DNA of 32,000 bases from Zygophlyctis sp. KS116 (lineage: Eukaryota > Fungi > Chytridiomycota): the NCBI GenBank assembly GCA_054661495.1, contig BAAFSQ010000050.1, forward strand, positions 1 through 32,000. The letters run 5' to 3'. The first letter of the stretch is position 1; each line of letters starts with the position of its first letter. Under the pieces are notes generated by a model. That model was not told the origin of the DNA and made no database searches. It worked only from the letters and a program-made list of their open reading frames with translations. The position numbers were made by a program, and so were the translations under genes. This document shows, one piece after another, positions 1 through 11,000 of this stretch.

Positions 1-72
1 GAGAACCACATGTAACTCGGCGTACACCAGACTATTGTAATTTTTTTTATATAATTTTAAATAGTCCTGTAA
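1..72 (+). CDS. PPH21: Protein phosphatase 2A catalytic subunit, 3' end (partial)
   Basis: Bases 3-36 read EPHVTRRTPDY. Removing a 28-nt GT-AG intron (37-64) gives F-L-stop (TAA 70-72), i.e. the invariant PP2Ac C-terminus TPDYFL. Not in the ORF track. Confidence 0.93.
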
Positions 73-126
73 TGGATTTAAACATTAATTCTATTGAAAA
101 TAGATTTTTTACAAAAAATGATCATG

Positions 127-2205
127 TTACTGCAAAGTTCGTATATAGCCGTCTAAAATCATTAAACTTCATTTACCTCCACTTCCCGCTACAAGGAAGT
201 CTCCATTTTTCTCGAACGCAATCGAATATAGAGAAGAGTCCACGACAGGAACTGATCTGAGGAAAGATGCATCCTTTGATGAAAGAAAATGAAGCATTCC
301 CTCATTTGTTACTATAGCTAATGATTTGCTGGATGGGTCAAAAGCGATCTTATTTGCTGGTTTGGATCCAGTTGAGACGGAAAAGGCTTCACTGACGTTT
401 CTTACGTCCCACAATTTGACTACTCCGTCTGCATCACAAGAAGCCAAATGTTCACCCTATTTTTAAAGACACAAAAATACATTAGGAGAATAAGATATTG
501 AGTTGATGGCATTTAAATGTCCATAAAGGGTCTGGAAACATATGCCAGTCCTTGAATCCCATAAAGATACCGTTTTATCCCCAGAACAAGTGTAGAGTGT
601 ATTGGTAAAAGGCTGAAAGCCGATAGCATTGACAGAATCTGCATGCCCCCGAAAAGTTTGACGGCATTTTCCTCTAAATGCATGAATATATATATTCTTT
701 CTTACGTTGTCAGATCCCAAAGCTTAGATGTGTGATCCATTGAGCAACTGGCGAGAAAATCGCCCGTATCATGAAAAACACATCCCCATACACCTTGCGA
801 ATGGTCACTTAAAGTAAGTGTGGCAGCGCTTTTGCTGAAATCCCACAGCTTTATTGTTCCATCACCTGAAGCGGTAGCTAGATGAGTTCCCCTGAAATAT
901 TATTCGCAATATACATACTTTGGATGAAAGTTACAATCGGCAATCCAATCTTTATGCCCCTCTCCACTCATTATTAGCTCTCCAGAAGGAAAAGCCCAAA
1001 TCTTCCAGATTTTATCGTCCGATACTGAAGCTACAACATTTTTTTTAGGGTGAAAGCTGAGACTAAATATTTAGTATATCATTAAAGATCAATTACCCCG
1101 AGACAGCCATAGAATGTGCTTTAAGAGTCTGTGTGACTTTGATCGTATTGGATTTGAAGATTGGAATGTCAGTCTTCTTGGCTGGATTCGGCCGATCATG
1201 AGATGGCAATGAAACATCCTTGCCATTTTTCTTCATTTGTGCAGTTTTCTCTTCATGTGAATTACTATCAGCACTGGGCAGTTTAGATGAAGGAATTTTA
1301 GGTGATCCACTGGATATTTTTGGGGCTTTTTCAGAAGGCTTTGAGCCACCATCCAAAGCATTAGCCTTCACGTTATATATTTGCAAAATAATACTTGTGC
1401 GCTTAATCTATCTCTTTCTAATTTCATCAACATTTTCTCTTTCATCACTACTTCATATTTATGCTGTAACTGCTTAAATGTTGGCTCATAATGTTCATAA
1501 TGCTTCTTCAATCTCTTTATATCAGAAATCAGCTTATTTTTCTCTTGTGCTACTCTCTGATGATGCATTTTATGAAAATCACGCTCCTTGCGCAGCTTAT
1601 CAAATGTAGATCGAGCCTTACTAAAATTTAGGCATACTATTATTACTTTGCAATTTCTTTGTAATTGTCTACGTCTGATCTTAATTTTTCTAGTGCTAAA
1701 CTTAGCTGCTGATGCTGCTGATAGACGTCTGGCACGACAATAAGATCTTCTGGCGACAATTTTTGAAGTTGCTTATGCTCATACCATTCGTTCTCGGGTT
1801 TAAAAGAAGAAGAATACCTGAAATGCATCTAATGTCTTGTATAGTCCCTTTGATGCCAAAAAGTTTCGAAAGAAATCGTCTAAAACTTCTGGATTTTTGA
1901 TAATATCAGCCTTGACTTCTTCTGTTTTCGTAGTGGAATCTAATCCGACTAATGATTGAGATCAACTGCATGATTACCTCCAAAAAATGCCTTTTCGCTA
2001 ATATTCTTGACCGCCTTTTCAAGACTTTCTTCACCGTCAGATTCAGAGAATTCTTCGAATTCCTCAATCGGAATTTCCTCATATTCCCAATCAGCATCAG
2101 AGTCATCAATTGCGGCGTGCTCTGAAGTTGTTAAATGGCATTAATACCTTCCAAATAATATGTTTTAGCACCTTCAGCATCTGAATTCTTTGCGATTGTT
2201 GCCAT
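127..2205 (-). CDS. SPAG16: Flagellar central-apparatus WD40 protein PF20 / SPAG16
   Basis: Spliced model starts MATIAKNSDAEG and contains PEVLDDFFRNFL...LDAFQNEWYE and FDKLRKERDFHKMHHQRVAQEKNKLISDIKRLKKHY (SPAG16 coiled coil), then WD40 repeats. Ten introns: 2122-2147, 1949-1977, 1793-1817, 1621-1646, 1366-1394, 1063-1096, 892-918, 674-705, 457-480, 153-176. Confidence 0.92.
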
Positions 2206-2272
2206 TTCGGACACTCGGATTTATAAACGCGTTACAGAGTTAATGATACGCGCTATCAAAAAGTTATGCTCT

Positions 2273-4975
2273 TTATTTTGAATCAGGAAAAACTATTTCA
2301 TATATCTGATCATACCACTCAACAAATACGGGTGATATGCCCTCTCTGATGTAATCTGGTAATTCTTCCCAATCACTTTTGTTTGCTGCTGGAAAGATAA
2401 TAGTCTTAACTCCGGATCGTTTTGCAGCAATTGTTTTCTCCTTGACCCCACCTATTTTCAAAATCTTTCCAGTGAGGGTAATTTCTCCTGTCATTGCAGT
2501 ATCAGGAATAGTCGGCTTATCTAATGCCAAGGATAGAAGTGATGTAGCCATTGTACAACCTGCTGAAGGACCGTCTTTTGGGGTTGCTCCTTCAGGAACA
2601 TGCATATGAATCCGAGCAGTATCAAAAAAATTGTTTTCTGGGAATCGCCTTGCAAATAGCGATTTAGCAAAAGTATATGCGATTGTCGTACTTTCCTTCA
2701 TCACATCCCCCATTTGTCCAGTTTTATGAAACGAGGCTTTACTTTCAGCAGCCCTCGGCGACTCTAAAACAGACTCTATATATAGAGCAGAACCCCCTAA
2801 ACTATTATTTATACTATAATTACCCATCGCTGTCCAAGCTAAACCCATAACAACACCAGGAGGAGTACTAGCATACATTCGATCACTGGTAAATATAGGT
2901 TGACCCACATACTCCTTTAAATTTTCAAGAGTTATTTCCAGTTTATCTTTTATAGATTCGTTCACCACCTTAAATGCAGCTTTACGATAAACCTTGTCAA
3001 TTTGCTTTTTCAAATTTCGTACTCCACTTTCTCGGCAGTATGATTTGATTAAACATTCAATGGCATCTGTTTTTAACTCAACTGGGGATTCTTTCAGACC
3101 CGCTGCTTCTTTAGCAGTAGGAACTAAATATTTTGATGCTATGACTATTTTTTCTTCGGCTACGTATCCAGAGACAGTGATGACTTCCATGCGATCAAGC
3201 AGTGGACCAGGTATAGTTTCCTGAGAATTGGCCGTACAAACAAATAGGACTTTCGAAAGATCTATAGGAACATCCATGTAGTGATCTAAAAATGATGAAT
3301 TCTTAAGTTATGGGCCATAAATCAAATTACCTGCTCTGGATCTAACAATTCAAGTAAGGCTGAAGCGGGGTCACCCTGATGGCCACGACCAAGCTTATCA
3401 ATTTCATCAATCATGATCAGAGGATTTTCTGTTTGTACTTTTTTCAGAGCCTGTACTACTTTCCCAGGCATTGCCCCAACATATGTGCGTCGATGTCTAT
3501 ATATTAAACCTTTTGTAGCAATACCCTTTTATTTCAGCAACATCTGCTAAACCACCAACACTAAAGCGATAGAATTCTCTACCAAGAGCCCTTGCAATAG
3601 ATTTACCGACAGATGTTTTTCCTACACCGGGCGGTCCAACTAGAAGTATTATTTTCCCTTCCATTGATCCTCTTAATTTTCCAACAGCAATAAATTCTAG
3701 TATCCTTTCCTTGACATCTTTTAATCCATAATGATCTTCATCAAGTATGTTTTCAGCGACTTTTAAATCAAAATTTTCTTGAGAATAGTTCCCCTTGCTA
3801 TTAAAAGCCTAAAAAGTAATACCCATGGAATTGAAGTGAGCCAATCAAGATAATTTCTACTCACATTAAATTCTGATGCATTTGGCTCTAAACCTTGTAA
3901 TTTCGCAATTTCTTCAGAAAAAACCTTTTCTACGGCTTTTGGCATTTTCAAAGCAGCGGCTTTCTCTCTAAATTTGACCAATAATTTTTCCTTTCCATCT
4001 GACTCCATTCCCAATTCCTTTTTTATTCCTTTGAGTTGTTCCATTAAAAAGTATTCCTGCTGCCTTCTAGTGATTTTCTTATCAACTTCCTTTGTTATTT
4101 CCTGCTGTAATTGAACATTTGCCAATTCTTTTTTTAGTAGAAGCAAACTTTTTGAAAGTCTTTCTTCAATGACTAGCGATTCTAAAACAGATTGTAACTC
4201 TTGTGATTCACCAGATGTCAATGCAGCAGCAAAATCAGCCAATTTTGCAGGATCAGCTGAAGTTTAGAAATAATGTATTACCTGCAATATTTCCAAATTG
4301 AATTGAAGCAGCTACAATTTGATCCCTTAAAAGAGGACTTAATTTTGTAATTTCTTTTAACACGGCTACAATTTCTGCAGTTAAAGCCTTAATAACTCTA
4401 TTTTCGGGATTACATGGTTCATCCATTATATTCTCCACATTCACAAAACAAGTATTTAGACTCAGAAGCGGTGCATTGATTGCATGTATTCCATCTAAAC
4501 CTTTAAAAATCTTAGAATTACCTGCATTAGGCTCTAAATTATGCATTTTTGCAAATTCGTTTGTACTAAACAAACGATCGTCATTAATCCTAATTCTTCT
4601 ATGCGGATACAAAACAAAAGTCAAACCGTCTGATCCAGTAGATGAAGTATTTGTAATTTGAGCAAAAACTCCAGTTTTATAGATTTGATTTGTATTGGTA
4701 ATTATATCAGAGTCCGTATCTTGCTTATTTAGAAAAATGCCGACGTATGGCTTATTCTTGTCAATCATCTCTTGGAGAGCAGCGATGAGATTTGGATCTT
4801 TGACATACATTGACTTGTAAAAGCCAGGAAACAATGGCCGTTTGGTTAAAGGGACGGGAATCAACTGGGGATATTGAGGAGGAACTGTAATAGTATCCAG
4901 CTCACTTCCTGAAAGCTTAATAGCCTTTCTCTTAAGCAGCGGATGTCTGCTGTGCAAAAACCTTTTGTATATCAT
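2273..4975 (-). CDS. PIM1: Mitochondrial Lon protease
   Basis: Basic presequence-like N-terminus, Lon N-domain RPLFPGFYK, Walker [22 protein letters not shown], catalytic PKDGPSAG and KIGGVKEK. Introns 4257-4281, 3794-3822, 3497-3524, 3302-3330, in-frame 2797-2823 and probable in-frame 4495-4521. Confidence 0.96.
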
Positions 4976-5010
4976 TCAACAGTCAAAAATTCTAGGTGAA
5001 GGCGAAACGA

Positions 5011-8000
5011 TCAAGTTATTACTCTACAATTACTACACAATGAATTCGACGTCATAATGCAATTTGTACATACTTGTCCTCCGCATGCTTTGCAATTGAA
5101 CTTGCGATCTAAAACAGTAAATTTAGCTCCACAGCGATTACATCCTTCTTCGTTTCTAAGATAGTGAATTTCAGTCCCAGATCCATCGGGCATTACGCAT
5201 GCATATACTTCCCTTTTAGATACCAACAAGAGATATCTAAAACTAGGAGCCCAAGAAATGCATGAAACAGGGTTGGGAATAGAAAGAGTAGCACTTAATG
5301 AGAGATTAATGTCACGACTCCAAAATCTTACATCGCCATTAGAATGACCTGTTACAATAAGAACAGTATCAAAAACTAGCCATTCTGGACCATCAAAGAA
5401 GGCAGCAGTAGTAATAGTATCTAGACTATTGTTTGAAACTACTTTTTTGTCAAGTTGATTTCCATTGATATCCCAGAGACCAAGAGTCGTATCATTACAT
5501 ACCAGAAAGTCGCCAGTATTTCCATTGACTTGAGTGGTGATTATATGAGAGCCAAATTCTATAGACTTTACATACTGCTTGCGGTTTAAATCCCAAATTA
5601 TAATAGATCCTAACAGATCTCCTGTAATTGCAATTGAATATGATTTACAGCAAGAAACTGTCAAAATTTTGCTTGTATGGCCACGGAAGTTTGTAAGACT
5701 TTCTACTTCAAATCTTCTCATACCACCTGATTTAATTATCCAGTAAGAAAGAATCTATAGTTATTTAAATTAAAACTTACAAAATCAGATCCTGCAGTCA
5801 AAAACTTGTCATTATCTACCCAACAACAGCTAGTGATGTGAGAAACATGAAGATTTTCAAAAACTGCAAGGTATTTTAGCGAGTCAGCGTGAAAAAGTCT
5901 TATTGATCTATCCAAATAATTCCATGACAAATATTTTAGTCCATTTGGTGATAAGACGGAGCGTTGAGGTGAAATGAACAGTCTGTCTCCTAAAACTTTA
6001 ATATCTGATATTCGCTCTTCACTTGTTTTGATCGGCTTGATTGTGCGCGAAAGTAAAGAAGGATTCTGATGAATATGCTGAATTGTGTCGGTAGGGATTG
6101 CACGCTTTGGGTGAGGCTTTTTAAATAGTTGCTGAGGTGTTTGACCAAAATTGTTTATAATTCCTATAGTCGCCTCCAGTTCAACGGCATCGGATATTTT
6201 GTCTAGTTCGACCGCCCCCTCATATGAAAGATAGTGAAAAACGTTGAGTGATTTAACTGCTTCCTCTCCCAGCTGTTTAAATCCAAAGACTAAATCTATC
6301 CATTCATGCAAATGAGCAGATACATAAGGTGATTCTAAGGCATCTCGATGTTTCTTGATAAAAATTCGAGGATCATCCTTTGCCCATGGTGGTAGCTTGA
6401 CATTATCCAACACCTCACCATTTTGTTTCGTTCCAAAATTGAATCCATTCTTATTTTCTAAAAATTCTGGAAGATAGAAAAATTCTGGAATAAGCTCCTT
6501 AACGTCTGTCGTATTCAATTCAGATGCTGACGTGTATGCTGATTCTATAGAATGAAATAAACGATCGGCATGATCAAAATTTCCTCCTTGAAGTGACAAA
6601 TACTGCTCAGTAAATGGTTCAAGTCGAATCAAATATGAGCAGACAATCATGGCAGAGCTATAGTGAGTCCCATAATGACAGGCAGGCATCACCGGATCAT
6701 CCCATAAATCAAACCGTTCTTGAAATGCCGCTGCCCGTTTCATTCCCTGCGCTCCCATCGGTTTAGAAAGATCTCGAAATGTTTTTGGGTTATTTAAATC
6801 CAATTCTTCGCTGACATAATCTGCGATAATCCATGGGAAAACCGGATATTGAGTTAAATCATTGTAAGTACGACCAGCAAGAGAATTAAGATACATTAGG
6901 TAGTTGAAGTTACTAATTTCATTATTGATCCATTTTTGTGTCATTTCCAGATTACGATTAATTCCTAGAACATTTTTCATTAACCCGGGGGCAGACATTA
7001 GAATGTTAGCATTTATTGGGGCAAAAGATTCTTCTGATTTGGAGACAATCTTTTTGTATAATCGGTTGTATAATGAATCGCGCTCTTTCTTCTTCGCAAA
7101 AGAAAGCAAGAAGTTTCTCCCATCTGTTAAAAAAAGCTCCAATGCATTATTTTGGAGCATAAAAGTCCTTTTAAAAACGTCCTTAATTTCATGAAGAGGG
7201 CATTTGCGTATATCATGATTTGTGCTTTTCCTCTTGTTCCGATTCATCGCACGAACAAACACATTTCTTTCCAGCTCTTCAATATCATTAATATCTATTA
7301 TTTCACCAGATGAAGATTTGTGAAAATTGTCGACTATATAAAGATGCTTTGTGCATTCCAGCACCATGCATTCTCTGACATGCAAACCAAAATTGACACC
7401 TAGAGCATTCTGAATTTCCAAAACTGATTCCCCGGGTTCCAGCATTCGTTTAATTTCAAGATTTAGATCTTCGGAATCAACTACATGCTCCCAATCATCA
7501 GCACTGGTTGTGCTATGGGGTGAATCCTTTGTTGATGCTATTTCAGAATCATTTAGAGCAGGACTAGAGCCATTTTTATCGAGCTGGGAGGTAAGAATAC
7601 CGGCTGTTTCTTTTTTCTTACCAGCAGATTTGACAATCGAATTCCTTATAGCACCTAAATCATCAACATTCTTTCTTAAAGAAGTTGGATTGATTTGATC
7701 CTTTGCTCGATATAGCAACTGGAAAATTGCTTTAGTATTTCTAATCATCTTCTTGCGTACTCTGTTCTTTCCTTCATCAAAATCTACAATCAGTTCAAAA
7801 AACACACCTAGTCTCCAAAATGTTTTTGGGGTAACAGAAGGACCCCAGAGACCTCTTTCTCTAGCTAAATCGTCCACGATAGTCTTCCAATCAGCAGCCC
7901 GCGAAATTTGAAATGCCTTTATATCTTGTAGTAATATTTTCTGACGTGTACGTGCAGCTTTTTGGGCTGCAGATATCAAGCTATCAGCGCGATGCGAGTA

Positions 8001-11000
8001 ATTAATCCAAAGCGATTGCTCAATATTCTTATTAGCTGACAAAGTCGATCTTCGTTCGGATTTAAAAGCACTAACCAATTTAAGGTTATAGACTTTTTGT
8101 TTTTGTTCAGTATCCCAAACAGAATCCCAGTCAGCCTTTAAATTTGCAGTAAACTGCAGTATTTGCTCTGTTCCTTCTACGGATACCTTTAAATCTTCTG
8201 TACAGTGCACATTTAAGACTTCAAAAGTATTTTCAGGAATATTCATTGTTCGAATAATTACCAGAATCTGGGACCGCTTTTCTTTGAGGAGAAATAGCAA
8301 TATTTCTGTTGCCATACTTCTGAAATGATTATATTTAACAGGGATTGCTAATGCGTAATAAAGAGAGCACTTTAAAAATAACATATCCATATTCTTCTGG
8401 CCAAATATAAGTTCAAGATTATTTAGAATCGCTTTTTCCATTAGGTGGGTTTCAAAAGTTTCGTCCCCATCCAGACTTATACGAAGCATATAGACATTAA
8501 GCCTATTGAGTTGCTTCCAGAATAATTCAATCGATAGATCAGATCTTAGAACTAACGAGAAAGCAAAACTACTGTCAGTAATTAGCAAATCCCGAATGAT
8601 AGCAATATGCAGATTATATAATTGAAAAAAATCTCCCGAATACAGGTCAGCATAAATTCTATCGACTATTAATTCAAAGAATTTGGCGATACTATTTAAA
8701 ACAGCCGTGTCACTCATATAACTTTTGCGTTTCTGAAGCTTATTTGGAAGCTCATCCAATATTTTTGAAATAAGCAACGATTGAAATTTGAATAGTTCTT
8801 CATGAACCGGAGTCGGTATCGCTTTCAAAACAAGTTCAACCGCCCGCCAGGAGCTCCAACTTCCCAAAATTGAATCGCAGACAATGGTTATCATTAATTC
8901 ATAGACTGCATCTTCTAGATTGCGACAAAGTTCCTCTATTTTATTATTGAGCGAAACGTCTTCCAATGATTCACTTTCATAATTTAACAGAGAAAAAAGC
9001 ATATCCAGAAAATAAGATATCGTATCCTCTTCGCAAATCAATTCTTTAAATTCATTGAGCTGGTACATTTGTGACATAAACTCTAGAAGTGTACAGCAAT
9101 TCGCAGTGGCAGTGACAATAGACTCATCGTCAATTATTTCTGATATGACAAAACCTTTTTCGTCCCAAGACACATTTGATAAGTATTTTGAGAACTTCTC
9201 ACTCGTATTTTTATAGTTCAAAATGTGTTCTGAAGATACTTTGATTAGACTTATGAGAGGTAAAATTGCGCCGCCTGACATATGAGATCCGGCTATATCA
9301 CTCGGCTTAAAAAGGGCTAAAAGAGTCGGTGAATTGAACTGATACTCTTTTGGAAGTAGAGATTCTTCTTTTCCGAATAGCATATCCAAAATTAGCATAT
9401 ATATTGGAATTATGTCATGGTAAAGTGGTATAGTTCTTGAAAGAACATCATATCCACTTTCATTTAATGATTCGGCAACTGAAGTATCCGACTTTGACAG
9501 CATTAAGATCTTCAGGGCAAGATAAACGCTTACTGGGTCTACATATGGTCCACAAAACAGTAATATCCAGCGAAAAGAAACCGCGCTAATGAAAGTAGCG
9601 AGGAATATAGAGTTTTCAGTTATTAAATCCAGAATTACTGTTAATATTGAGTTGCGCATGAGTAGTTTAGCCCTGATTGCTTCAGGAAGTTGCTGCATTT
9701 TTGAAGAAAATGTGAGGCGAAACTCGTCTGTTTTTTCATCAGATTTAGGCAATGTTGACAAAAGGAAAGACCAAACAAAACGCAAAGAATCTACATCAAA
9801 AGATCCCGTTAAATATTTTTTGAATATCTGAGAAAAAGACCACATGTGTATTTCATGAATTATTGATTGGGAATAAATTGCAATAAATCTCTTTATGCAG
9901 CCTTGATTAAAAACACTCTTGCAGTTAATTTCTTTACTGAGACTGCTGAAAAAAAACAAATTATGTACTTGTAATAGTCCTTGTTGGAGAAATTTGTCAA
10001 CTTTCCAAAGATCTAAATGAAGGAAAATACGGCGAAAAGCATCCGGATATGAAATCTCATCAGCTCTAAGCTATAAAATAAATTAAAGACTTACATATTC
10101 CAAGCTAGACAGTTGCGGAGCTCTACGATTATTGAATTAGTAAACAATGGAATTTTTCCGAGGAGAATAATCAAAAGTATATCAAACATTTTGTTTCTAA
10201 CCATCTCTGTTCGATTTTTAGGGCTATTTTTAAGAGTTTGATGTAACAATCGAATGCCTTTCATTAAAGAGCCAGATTCCTAAATTAAGCGAATAATGGT
10301 TACCACGCTCATATCAATAAGCCTTATAAGTATGCTGATTCCACCCAACCTCCAGATCCCATTAAATATATTGTCGAAATTGATCGAAATCAATTCTCCC
10401 CTTATTTCAATCAAACTAGGAGCGGTTTCATCCATTTTGTTGCTGACTAAATTAACAACATGCCCATTACTACTTTCCAGAATATCGAGGTAATCCAAAA
10501 ATTTTGGTTCATTCGCATATTCCTTTAATAAAACATCAACATCTGATTCGGCGAAGATAGAAAATATTATTTGATCTTCATTAATGTTCAAGTTTTCTTT
10601 CATAGAAAATGGAGCAAACACATAAGATGAAATAGCACCTACTGCGCTTATTTGATCACTTTCTGAAGGAGCTTCAGCTACGTTATATTCTATATTTGCC
10701 ACTCCCTGCCAATTTCCAGAATATTCTTGGGAGTTTCGAAACATAAATTGAATATTAGACTCTTCCAAAGCGATCTCTTCCATGAATAGCATTGGTCCCA
10801 ATCCCCACACACTTGAGTTGATATGTGAAGATGATGATTCGGGAGTGCCGACTATAACTTTGAATTTTTTTACTCCACCAGGCTGTCCCATATATCCCAT
10901 CTTAGTAGTTTCAATTAAACCACCATTGACAAAAAACTTGGTATTGTATGCAGCGAGAAATGGTTTTTGATAAACTAACCCAATATGGTACCATTTATAC

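Noticed and set aside
2198-2212. RFX X-box half-site GTTGCCAT at the PF20 start
   Set aside because: Only a half site, fully explained by the codons ATG GCA AC.
2379-3224. Antisense and shadow ORFs in the track (e.g. 2379-2609, 2994-3224, 6904-7194, 20337-21077, 17299-17595)
   Set aside because: They lie opposite well-conserved genes and show no recognisable motifs.
4991-4998. TCTAGGTG shared by three spacers (about 4991, 15903, 24696)
   Set aside because: Only three copies, with inconsistent orientation and distance relative to the downstream gene. It cannot be separated from chance without genome-wide counts.
9946-9968. Intron-like GTACATAATTTGTTTTTTTTCAG in the BEACH gene
   Set aside because: Splicing it gives a stop within four codons, while read-through keeps the frame.
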